DNA of 63,405 nt, filler included, from Dimorphilus gyrociliatus (Eukaryota; Animalia; Annelida): the NCBI GenBank assembly GCA_904063045.1. It is 6 parts of 6 records of this genome, joined end to end, with 100 filler letters (N's around TTAATTAATTAA, not from the genome) between each part and the next. Parts side by side here need not be neighbours in the genome. Positions count along the whole stretch, not along the records: positions 52,607 to 63,405 come from CAJFCJ010000222.1; 5 more parts are not named here. The stretch is one strand, 5' to 3'. Positions 53,144-63,405 of this stretch are shown here, one piece after another. Every line of letters begins with the position of its first letter. The first letter of the stretch is position 1. The translations under genes were made by a program, and so were the position numbers. Under the pieces are notes generated by a model. It saw only the letters and a program-made list of their open reading frames with translations. It ran no database searches and was not told the origin of the DNA.

Positions 53144-53463
53144 GGGATCAAACCCCAAATTTGCACCCCAGGGGTGTAAATTGGGAAGTAAAATAAATTT
53201 AATTAAAACTATCTATAAATATAGCAAAGCTGCTGTCGAAACAAAAATAAGATATATATAATAATTATAAAATATGGTAATAATCAAATACTTTTAATAA
53301 ATCAAACATGCATCAGGAAATTTATTTTTATTAGTAGACCAAAAACAAAAAATTATTAATGTATTATTCTAAATTTTATCGAAAAAATTTAAATTAAAAA
53401 AGAATCTAAGATATGGATAAATTTTGTGATTATAAAGGGGGTGCAAATTTGGGTAGGGATCCC
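53144..53463. mobile_element. MITE with GGGATC termini (possibly Merlin-derived)
   Basis: GGGATCAAACCCCAAATTTGCACCCC vs the reverse complement of the right end, GGGATCCCTACCCAAATTTGCACCCC. Flanks share ATAAT. No ORF. Confidence 0.65.
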
Positions 53464-53962
53464 ATAATTTTTAGAGTATGAAAAAAATGCTTTTAATACT
53501 ATGATTGATTAAAATTTCAGGTGAAATTAACAAAAAAATTTTTGTTTAGGTCTTTAATATAAGTCTTTTTGTTATATAAAGTTATTCCTGGTATTAAGTT
53601 TTCAAGATACTTAAAAAGTACAAAAAAAATTAAAAAAACTTTATATCTTCTACAAGTAAATAAATAATATTAGAATACCTCATAATAATGACTAAAGTAT
53701 GTATTTAAATATAAAAGACATGTCAAGGTCTCCAAAAAACTGTATTTTAAGTTTTCAAACATATATATAGTTTTTCGGCAAGCAATTTTTTATTTATTCA
53801 ATCCATATCTATTATCATTATTATTATTTAAGCATATTTGTAATCTCTCATAAAATTTTAATTACATTTTTATAAATTTTATAATTTGAATATAAAAAAA
53901 TATTTAGTAAAAAAATTTATTTTTTTTTTGAAAATAAAAAACTATTTTAAAATAACTATATA

Positions 53963-55456
53963 CAGTAGGGGAAAAAAAAATGAAAAAAAAATAATTGAAT
54001 GAAAAGTCATATTTTACGATGTAATTAAAGCAATATTTATATTATGTTTTCATTTATATATGGATAAGCTATTCAAATAAATTTTTCTCCTTGGTTCTAG
54101 TATTGTTTTTTAATCAAAACATCATAAAAATATCAACGAATTGCTCCTGATGGGGAAAAAAAATGAAAAATTTAAAAAAAGTCAAATTTCCCTCCATAAT
54201 CATATGAAAAAACTTCGTATATATGACCCTTATGAAAAATCACTATTCTTCTGTAGTCAAGGGTCAGGTTCTTACACTAAGAAATGAGGGATTTACTTAT
54301 AAAGAAATTTTGATAAAAACAGGTGTTAGTGTATCGACTATCAGTAGAATAGTCACTAAATTTCAACAGCATAATAATACTGATAGAAAACTTGGTTCTG
54401 GCAGGCCCAAAGTTCTTAAATCAAAGCATTTATCAATGATTAAGTCTTTGATCAAAAATGATAGTTTGATTTCTAGTCCTAAAATAGCTAGAAATATAGA
54501 AAATAATACAGGTTTGGCTGTGAATCCCAGAACAATAAGAAACTTTTTAAATAAAAATGGGTTTAAAGCTGTTATCCCAGTAAAAAAACCTTTTCTCAAA
54601 CCCATTCATATAAAGAGAAGATTGGAGGTAACAAAAAAGTGGTTGTTTCTTGGTCAAAATTACTGGAATGATGTTTTTTTTAGCGATGAAACATCATTTT
54701 CTTACTATAATGACTCTGGTCGGTTCAAAGTATGGAAAGAAAGCTCTGATAAGACACCTCTAAACTTTACTAAAAAATTTGGATTTAAGAAATTGATGGT
54801 TTGGGGATCATTTAGCTATGAAGGTGTAGGAAGGTTACATTTTGTTGATGGAATAATGGATGCAGTACAGTACGTACATATACTAGCTACTAATTTACCT
54901 TTTATAAAAGAAAAACTAGGTGTAAACAGGTTAAAATTTCAACAGGATAATGATCCAAAACACACAAGTCGACTGACAAAGGAGTATTTTAAGACAAACG
55001 ATATTGATGTGTTAGATTGGCCCTCTCAGTCTCCTGATTTGAATCCTATTGAAAACCTTTGGTCTATTCTCAAGTACAAATTAAGAGGTTTATCCTTCTC
55101 TACTGGCGATGAATTAAAGTCAAAAATTATGGAGCTTTGGAATAATATAAGCAGTGATTTGTGCAAAAATCTATGTCTTTCAATGAATAAAAGAATAATA
55201 GAATGTATTAGAAATAAAGGACACCATATTTCTTATTAATTTAAAATTTTTCATTTTTTTTTTCCCCATCAGGAGCAATTCGTTGATATTTTTATGATGT
55301 TTTGATTAAAAAACAATACTAGAACCAAGGAGAAAAATTTATTTGAATAGCTTATCCATATATAAATGAAAACATAATATAAATATTGCTTTAATTACAT
55401 CGTAAAATATGACTTTTCATTCAATTATTTTTTTTTCATTTTTTTTTCCCCTACTG
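53963..55456 (+). mobile_element. Complete Tc1 element with IR/DR-type long TIRs
   Basis: TA|CAGTAGGGG...CCCCTACTG|TA. Near-perfect ~210-bp TIRs (53963-~54175, ~55243-55456), each with GGGGAAAAAAAA(A)TGAAAAA at both its outer and inner end. Confidence 0.95.
54223..55239 (+). CDS. Intact Tc1 transposase (DD34E, 338 aa)
   Basis: Paired-like HTH, GRPK, FSDET, FQQDNDPKHT and WPSQSPDLNPIENLW; 34 residues separate the second D from E. Confidence 0.95.
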   Translation: MTLMKNHYSSVVKGQVLTLRNEGFTYKEILIKTGVSVSTISRIVTKFQQHNNTDRKLGSGRPKVLKSKHLSMIKSLIKNDSLISSPKIARNIENNTGLAVNPRTIRNFLNKNGFKAVIPVKKPFLKPIHIKRRLEVTKKWLFLGQNYWNDVFFSDETSFSYYNDSGRFKVWKESSDKTPLNFTKKFGFKKLMVWGSFSYEGVGRLHFVDGIMDAVQYVHILATNLPFIKEKLGVNRLKFQQDNDPKHTSRLTKEYFKTNDIDVLDWPSQSPDLNPIENLWSILKYKLRGLSFSTGDELKSKIMELWNNISSDLCKNLCLSMNKRIIECIRNKGHHISY

Positions 55457-55994
55457 TAAATTAAACTTATTATCTATTCTTATGCTATATTTTATAAAAA
55501 TATTTTAACCCCTCTTTTTTACATCTTCATAAAAGATCAAAATTTATTAATACATATCTTCAAATGTTTTTATAAAACTATTTCACCTCTATTTTTTTTT
55601 AATTTCAAAAAAATCAAGAAATTTAGCTCTGCATGGAAAACTTACCCCCTATTTTTTATAAAAAAATATATCCACAACTTTACGTCCTTTAAATCTGGAA
55701 TCTATCACTACTAAATAAATCTTAATAAAAGATTTTTTTGAAAACAAATATTTTTATTGAATTATAAATTTGAAGAATTTTGTAATTTTACATAATAAAA
55801 AATTATTACTATTCATTCAGTAACATAACGAAAAACCTAAATTTCTATATTTTGTAAAAATTTAAATAAACCATAAATGATATTTTTAGTATGTTTAAAA
55901 TTTTAAAATAAAGTACCCCAACCCAAAAAACTCAAATTTAAAATTAAATTTAAAGAAAATTTTAAAATTTTAATAAAAAAGATTGAACTCATGA

Positions 55995-56067
55995 GTAAAT
56001 ACCCCCCTATCTTTTTATTTAAATTCATGACTAAAATACCCCCCGGGGGAAAATTTACGCATGATCC
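55995..56067 (-). mobile_element. Orphan Merlin terminus
   Basis: Minus strand GGATCATGCGTAAATTTTCCCCC vs GGATCATGCCTAAAATTTTCCCCC at 61564, with C-rich subterminal repeats. No partner end found. Confidence 0.7.
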
Positions 56068-56769
56068 CTACCTTGAGTTTGTTTTAATAAATATCATATT
56101 TATAATAGGGTTGTAGCCTTTGATTTTTTCGATATTTGTATTTATACCAAATTTCTTTTTGGTGTTTGCTATGAGAATTCCTTTATTATAATGCCCAAGG
56201 TTTTTAGTTAGGAAAAATCTAAAAAGCCCTTTATTTCCTCTGTCTATATTTTTTAGATTTAAGAACGACAACTTGTTAGTTATTTGGTTAGCTTTATTAC
56301 TAATAAGCTTACACCAATCTATTTTAAGAAAAATTTTTTCTAAAAAAAATATACTATTTAAGGTGTGAAATGCTAAACTCAGATTTTTAGTTCCAGATAA
56401 TATGTTTTTCGTACCGTAACATTCACGACAGAAAAAAGATTTTTTAAAGAAATTATCTTCGGGTAGCAACTTTGTGAAGGTTTTTATATTCTCTTCAGAT
56501 AATAAAAAATTGTATTGATTTTCTTCATAGAGGCTGGCTGGTATTTCTACAAGTATTTCTCTCATATAATCATTATATAATTCTCTCTCCTCTTTTGTTT
56601 GACGAGGACCAAAATATCGTTTTTTATCGATATTTAAGGTTTCTTCATTGATATAATATCTTCTTGCTTTTAGATACTTAAAAATTATCTTTTCAATGGA
56701 TTCCCATACCTTGTCATCACTTGTATAACTTCGATTAGAGTCTAGCACTAACAACATATTAAGAGTCAA
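56068..56769 (-). CDS. Unknown protein whose 3' end abuts the orphan Merlin end
   Basis: 233 open codons. The TAG stop lies immediately against the GGATCATGC terminus. Single CxxC (CREC). No family recognised. Confidence 0.45.
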   Translation of the reverse strand: MTLNMLLVLDSNRSYTSDDKVWESIEKIIFKYLKARRYYINEETLNIDKKRYFGPRQTKEERELYNDYMREILVEIPASLYEENQYNFLLSEENIKTFTKLLPEDNFFKKSFFCRECYGTKNILSGTKNLSLAFHTLNSIFFLEKIFLKIDWCKLISNKANQITNKLSFLNLKNIDRGNKGLFRFFLTKNLGHYNKGILIANTKKKFGINTNIEKIKGYNPIINMIFIKTNSR

Positions 56770-57056
56770 ACCTAGGTAGGTTAAGTTTTCCTATTTTTAA
56801 ATATTTATATTTTACGAGAGGTTGAACTTTTGTGCTTGGTGTCGTATATGTAACATGTTTTTGACCATATTGAAAGAGGTCATGCATCAAACTGGATGAG
56901 GTTTGATCTAAATGAAATTTCAAAATAATTAAAAAATATATTTAACTATTAATGTTGTACTTTATTATAATTCCTTTATATCTTTTATTACCATAGTATG
57001 TGAATTTAAGCACTTTATGTTTTTATTCTGTATTAAAAAGTTATAATTTATTCTGC

Positions 57057-57335
57057 TTCCTATTAATTACCTAGTCACCCTAGAGTTTTTATACCTATAT
57101 ATTATTAAAAGAATATATTTTTATTTTTTATTTATTAAATATATGTGATTCTGGTTATAAATATATATTTCTCTAACTTTATCATATAAAATATAGATCT
57201 CTATGATCAATTAAACAGTGGCAATTTTCCCTATTAGTTACCCAGTTACTCCCCCTAGAGTTTTATACCTATATCTTATTAAAAGAGTATATTTTTACTT
57301 TTTTATTTATTAAATATATGTGATTCTGGTTAAAA
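57057..57335. repeat. Two imperfect ~105-bp direct repeats, period ~170 bp
   Basis: TTCC(C)TATTA.TTACC.AGT..CCCTAGAGTTTT(T)ATACCTATAT..TTATTAAATATATGTGATTCTGGTTA at 57057-57160 and 57227-57335. Confidence 0.8.
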
Positions 57336-60300
57336 ATAATATCCTTTTATGCACCAAATTATCAATCATAGCTCTCCAAGCTATAGCTGCAGGTCTAAAC
57401 TTTATCTTATAATGGGGGGGTTCTTATTAAAAATATGTTTATATTAGAATTTCTATGTGAAATACGTTGTAGTTTTTTCAATAGACCAGCGATATCAAAG
57501 AGAGAGACTATACTTTTATTAAAGTTGTAAGCATCTATATTAAAGTTATTAACAACATTAATAATTTGCTCCTTTGTGAAACTAATATAAGGAGAATGTA
57601 TATTTATAGGCTCTCCATTGTATTCTAGTATATCATCTAAGTGAGTATTACTAGATACAAGGAGAGTGGAACTATTAATGCTAGGTTCTTCAGTAATAGA
57701 AGCAAGATTCTGCTCATCCCTAATTTCGCCAAACTCTATACTATGATTATCATAATCATTATCATGATCTGATATTATATCTCCTGTAGAGCGCTGGTGT
57801 TCAACATGGTCTATAGTAGTGACTGATGTTTCATTGGTGATGGGCACAAGTCTAGTCTCTAACTCTTCTTCATTATTGATTACCTCTACTTGGAGATCAG
57901 GAGAGGGAGGTCGCTCTTCAGACATAGTATTAGTACTAGTCATGAAGAAGTACTTCTCGCGAGTAGAGATGGAGATAAACACCCATTGTGATTATCAGCT
58001 CTATTATAAAGAGCATAAAAATATCCATCTCAATAGGATTATACGTGATACCTATTAAGTTATGAAGATGAAGAATAAAATCAGGATGATGTACATTTTG
58101 ACATGACTCCTGTATAGTTCTTTTAGTTCTCAAAGACACCTTCCTATTAGCTCGCTTAACGACCTCACCAAGGTTACTCGGCCAATTAGACCTAAGAGAC
58201 CAAGTCTAAGTCTCTTAGGGCCTCGACAGGTCTTATACCATGATGTATCCTGTACATATGAAGGTGATACACCAACGTATGTACATAGACACTCATCTTC
58301 CGCCAGGTGCGAGATGCTCATTCCTCTTACATCTGAGTGAATGGAAGTACTCATTCACTCCAGGAATATCACGTGGTGTGCGAGTTCATCAACTTCAGAG
58401 TCATATACAACTCTGAAGTATCTATCTTCTCTGCTTATCCATTTATTACCACAATAAGCATCTTTGATTATAAATATGTTAGGAAGCTGTTTAATACCAG
58501 CTTCCTGCAGTAGTCTCTGGAATTCAGAGAGGAAGGTATTCTTATTAACATAGAATATACCTCTACTGGCATACTTAATAATCAATAGCCATATTCTTCC
58601 CACCTTGCTCTTGGTAACAGAGTATTTATCTAAGATAAACTCTATATACTCACTGAGCTTGACCTTGTACCTTACAATAGAAAGAGGAAGGTCAAGACTC
58701 CGCAAGTCACCAACTGTGTTGGTGCCATAAGCAAGGTCGTCTACGTCTTGTTCTAGACGACCAAGGAACAGCCTGAAACATGCTTCTATCGACTCACAAG
58801 CAATGGCTTCAAGTAAGGCCATGTAAGCACTTGTAGTTCTGCCCAATAAAACCAGAGTTGTCAACTAGCCTCATAAGAAGCTCTCCTCTGTTTATCTGGG
58901 ACTGAACCTGTTCCTCGTAGTGACGCTTGACAAGCCTAGCCAGATTCCTTCTAAAAGGATTAGCATTATACAGTAAATGTAACTGTCTAAAGGCAAGTCG
59001 AGGGAAATTATGACTATTAGTGCCACCTCTAGCGAACCATTCGACCAGTACTACTTCAAAGAAGACAAGTTTTACACACTTATCTACTGAAGGTGAGCCT
59101 TCTATGTATAGAGACTTAAAGCCATCTAACATATTCCTCACTAGACGGTCGATGGCCTCTCCTGAGACCTCAGCAAAGTTATGATGCGTGTTACAGGCTT
59201 CGAAGTGAGCCATAGCATCATAGATGGAGGCTGTAGGTATACGAACCTCCCATCTTAGTGGTTTTATCCTGCTCTTCTGCTTAATAAGAGCAGTTACCAC
59301 ATCTTTGCAGAAGGATTTGATGTCTCTGCGCTGGTAAACAGCATCTCTACATCCACAGATAGCATTTTAAGAAAGCTGGCAGCCATTCTAGACATACCAA
59401 CCTTCAGAAAATTGCGGCCAAACAGTTTATTGTTGAGAGGATTGTAGATATTTACCATCTCATACTGATTAGCATACCTGTACCTTCTCTCTGAGGTCTC
59501 CCTGAGAGACTGTCTGTTAACTGTAGTTAATACAGAACTGAAGTAAGGCCTGTAAGTAGAGAGTTTATCTACCAGTCTATTATACTTTAAGAAGTAAGCT
59601 GGTAGATACTCTTGACCTACTACAGATTCTTTATAACAGACTATAGCCATGTCAATCTTAGTAAACCAAGACCTACTGGCCAAGGCTATACTAAGATTAT
59701 ACAATGGCATTGTAAGATCTGTATCACTATAAAGAACATTCTTAGTTCCAAACCTTTCCATAAGGAAGAATGAGTCTGAGAATACCTCGTCTTCAGCGAC
59801 AGTTCGCATTATATGACGGAAGTTGGTAGGATGAATCCTCTCAGGACCCATCCCGACCTGTACTTGGTCTTCTAGCGCCTCCTTCGCAGAGCACGCTCTA
59901 TACCTCTATCTCTAGAGTTCTCCCGAACCAAGAGCGACCAGAACCTTCATAAACTAACTCACTTAGTAGAAGAGTTCGGCACTAGAGAGGTATTGAGTGA
60001 ATATTTCACTCAAGCGTGTTGCCTGCAAAGACAAATTGAAGTTGTCATCTTCCAAGTGTCTAGGATGCAGTATGATAAAAAGGTTGATGGTAAGTCCTCG
60101 AATAATGTAAGCACCTATACGAAGATAGGGCAACTTTCTCACTTTATACCGCTTCCCATTATGGAAAACAGTGGAAGTTTTAATCAGAATTCTACTGCCA
60201 TCATTTTATTACTATCTAGAGTAAGACTAATGAAACCATCACTACTTAAAGTAGTAAATAGACGAGTGTTGACCAATGCATAGAAGCCATCTATGTCGAA

Positions 60301-61461
60301 GGAGTAGGTGTTGAAGTAATCTTCAACATCCCTATCTGCACTTCGAGTCAACAGCTCGCTGGTTTTAATCCTTACTTTGTCTAGATATTCCCAGATATCA
60401 AAGGAGGCGCTTGCTGCGAAGACAATAGAGTTCCTATTGGTGTCTATAAACCAATAAAGGAACGAGAATAAAGTCTCCATGGCTATCGACTCAGAAGAAA
60501 GCGCATTGGCCATTCTATTAGGTCATCTCTGCCTACATTAGATCTCATATTTACTACACTAGCATCTCTAGTGAATATTATAGAGGATCTATACTCCCAG
60601 ATGCTAGTCTGTAGACTAACAAGCTCAAGAAAGCCAACGAATTGAACACTGATGCCCAATAATTGACCAGCGAGCACTACGTCTAGGAGCGAGGCGACAT
60701 TGGGAAGAGATACAGAAGTGAAGAGAATACTAAGACCATTTAGCAAAGCCTTATGACCTGCACTTTGCCTAGCCTTTTCAATAAGAGTATTTCTTACTTG
60801 CTGTATCACTTGGTAATCTACACCTATAGCAGATACCATATCCTTTATCAACTGACCAGACAGTTGTATTGGATAACCCGAGATGTACAGTAACCATGGA
60901 GGAGGCTATCATGATCTAGATTAATAGACCTGACGTGATCTTCTACAGCAAATGAAGACCAGTCGGCTAAACAACGTAATAAATCATGCCTTGATGAAGT
61001 ATTACGAAGTTCTATCTCAGCCTCAGCATCGTATCTCTGCATGATAGAGTCATCTGAGACACCATCACGAAGAAGCCTACTTACAAATGAGGTCTTCTTA
61101 GTGGAGTCCCCTCACATTGGAGCTAGGAATATCCACTCGAGATACATATGAGAGTTATTCCATTATTATTGTGATTTCTAGGATTAACGGCTTCTTCTGA
61201 AGCGTCAGCAAGGAGACTCTCATCGATGCTACTATCTCCTGATTGTGCTGAATCAGCACTTTCACCACTACGACCATCAAACACCATAACACCAAACCCT
61301 GTGTATGGATGGAATGAGGACCTTCTCCGTCTATGAACTATGTCATCGGAAGAAAATGGGTCACTTATATATGAATACGGATTAGAGAGACCTCCTCTAT
61401 CCGATCCCACTGAGGTACTTAAATGCTCTGAACCTAATGTAGTAAGGTTCCTACTCTCATT

Positions 61462-61555
61462 ACCTCTATTCAAATTATTGTTACCAGAAGAATCTACACT
61501 AATATTACTGTGAAGAACATTTGTATCATCACCTCTATTCAAATTATTGTTACTA
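61462..61555. repeat. 69-bp (23-aa) coding tandem repeat NNNLNRGDDTNVLHSNISVDSS(G/S)
   Basis: ACCTCTATTCAAATTATTGTTAC at 61462 and 61531. A further partial unit continues beyond the Merlin at 63017-63060. Confidence 0.85.
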
Positions 61556-61563
61556 GAAGAATC

Positions 61564-63016
61564 GGATCATGCCTAAAATTTTCCCCCTATTGACTTTTGC
61601 TTAAATTTCCCCCCTATGAGATTTTCACATCCCCCTAATTTATATATAATCTTACAGAATAATCTTTAAATATGATATAACCTTTACATAAAAACACTAT
61701 CATGAAATGAAATTTTTTTTCCCCTCCAATTCATTACCATTTTAGGATATATCTCCAATTTTTATAAATTTTTTTGATATTAAATTTAAAAAATATAAAC
61801 AAAATGTATTTTTAAGGGGGTTTCAAAGAAAAATTTCCCTCCAAAATCACTATAAAAAGTATAAATATTGAAAAAGATCGTACCGCTCATATGTCTAGTG
61901 CTGAATCTTTTTTTAGGTTTTTAATGAATTCCTCAGATGATAGGTTCATTAATTTTCTATTTGAAAATAGATTCGTAAAAGCCGAAGTTAACTGTTCATT
62001 ATACCTTTCGCATATGAATTTGGCTATTTACGGAAGTTCACCAAAGAAGAGAGCCTGGAGGTGTTATAGAAGCTCCTGCACCGGAAATAAAAAATATATT
62101 TCTGTTCGTGTAGGCAATTTTTTCGAAGGCTTTAGTATGCCAATCAGGAGAATCTTGCAAATCGTATTAAAATACGCAACAAGGGGTCCTGATTACAGTA
62201 TTAAAGGGATCTTCGATTTTAGTCGAAGTAGTATTGAAAAGGTATTACTGAGACTAAGATCACTAATACCTACGATAGACTTCTCTAGTAATAAACTAGG
62301 AAGACCTGGGAAGGTCATTCAAGTTGATGAAACTATGTTAAATCATAGTATTAAAGCACATAGAGGTCGTGCTCCTAATAATAGGACAGACTCTCTATGT
62401 ATAATAGAGTTTAATGAAAGAATTCCCGTGCATTTGCATAGGGGATTCCAAATAAAAGAGTCTCTACACTTGTATCTATTATTTGTAGTAAGGTAGTTAG
62501 TGGATCTATCATACACACCGATGAACACGGTGCATATTTATGATTAAGTGAATATAATTTTTCACATGACACTGTGTGTCATAAGTATAATTTTGTTACC
62601 GAGAATGGCACTCATACACAAGCAGTTGAGTCTTTTCACAACTGCTTGAAAAGAGAAATTAAATTGAGAAAAGGCGTTCGAACTAATAAACGTCAAGAAT
62701 TTTTGAATGAATGTTCTTTTTTTTACAACAATAGACATAGAGTAGGAGATGCAATATTTGATTTAATAAAATTTTTCTAGTATTATTTATTTGAATTTAA
62801 AGTTTTTAGTTTTTTTTTTAATTTTTGTTTAATTTTATTGATTATTTATTTTTTTTTTAATATTTGATAATTTTTATTATTTATTATTTATTTGAATTTA
62901 AAGTTTTTAATTTTCATTCTAATCAAATTTTTTCTTAATTTTTATTTTTTCTAGATTTTCAATTTAGACTCTTGCTTGAAATTTCCCTCCTATTTTTTTA
63001 ATTTTAAGCATGATCC
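61564..63016 (+). mobile_element. Merlin (IS1595/ISXO2-like) DNA transposon, full length
   Basis: TIR GGATCATGC(C/T)TAAAATT. Perfect 8-bp TSD GAAGAATC (61556-61563, 63017-63024). C-rich subterminal repeats. Confidence 0.92.
61891..62780 (+). pseudogene. Merlin transposase with a frameshift and premature stops
   Basis: WRC..C..YISVRVGNFFE, KLGRPGKVIQVDET, HRGRAP..DSLCI, then in another frame GSIIHTDEHGAY and HTQAVESFHNCLK. In-frame TAG/TGA at ~62438 and ~62541. Confidence 0.88.
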
Positions 63017-63405
63017 GAAGAATCTACACTAATATTACTTTGAAGAACATTTGTATCCTCATCATTGGCATTATTACTATACGAAGGAGAAGTTTCAGCG
63101 TTTTGGTTGTTATTCCTATTCATTTCTGGACATAAAAACTCTTCAAAATTTTTCTTTTATGCTTTATAGTAACAAATTACACTTCGGGATCAATTTAAGA
63201 AAGCAGATTACTAGTTGTTTTTATACTCTAAAAATGAATGACCTATAATTTAGTGATACTATCAATTTTTTAGAATCTTTAGATTTTAACAGGTTTATGT
63301 GCTGTCGAATTAAATAAAGATCTTAATAAAATAATGATTATTTTATTATTGGTTGATCCAACATACTTTAGAAATAATAAAATATTAGAAGATACATACT
63401 TTTTT

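Larger units (their letters stand above)
57320..63123 (-). pseudogene. Large GC-richer coding tract of unknown family, interrupted by Merlin and about ten frameshifts
   Basis: Track ORFs 61123-61542, 60848-61042, 60483-60851, 60184-60513, 59294-59851, 58809-59300, 58355-58864 and 57407-57982 overlap or abut, mostly joining by one-base shifts. ATG 63123 (MNRNNNQNAE..) is in frame with 61542 once Merlin plus one TSD is removed. Confidence 0.6.

Noticed and set aside
54363-54605. Antisense and shadow ORFs in the track (e.g. 54363-54605, 52081-52554, 6071-6331, 27176-27412, 59993-60283)
   Set aside because: They overlap well-supported genes on the opposite strand and have no motifs.
49735-60850. 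Euplotes-style programmed +1 frameshifting
   Set aside because: The junctions lack the AAA-TAR motif and need -1, not +1, shifts.
57407-61542. Overlapping ORFs read as a prokaryotic or viral operon with coupled start-stop codons
   Set aside because: Many starts are GTG/TTG or mid-domain, and the upstream frames continue by one-base shifts. A single broken gene explains them better.

Overview
This window is eukaryotic and is not one locus. Five 100-bp spacers (44 N + TTAATTAATTAA + 44 N) and one plain 92-N gap divide it into segments A 1-15618, B 15719-21084, C 21185-28660, D 28761-42303, E 42404-52506 and F 52607-63405. Segments A-D look like an AT-rich invertebrate animal with very short introns (lophotrochozoan-like, by inference). 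They encode a discoidin/FA58C protein hit by a MITE, a decayed TRIM gene, a rhodopsin-class peptide GPCR, PAN/apple proteins, an SRCR/C-lectin/LDLa/LRR 7TM (GRL101-like) receptor plus a decayed paralog, a TRPA channel, a divergent caspase-fold protein, a C1q protein, two tandem fucolectin-like genes and IAP-type RING minigenes. They also hold Mutator, mariner, Tc1 and gypsy remnants. Segments E-F look like a different, apparently intronless and extremely AT-rich genome, most like a microsporidian. They carry a non-animal-type tRNA-Phe, a secreted LRR protein, a Ginger-like integrase transposon with ~320-bp TIRs, a Helitron end, an intact IR/DR Tc1 element and several Merlin (IS1595-like) elements. 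The least explained feature is a GC-richer ~4.3-kb coding tract (57.3-63.1 kb, minus strand). It reassembles into one ~1,200-1,450-aa protein of unknown family after removing a Merlin insertion (8-bp TSD) and correcting about ten same-direction one-base frameshifts. All calls come from motif reading only; no database search was run.
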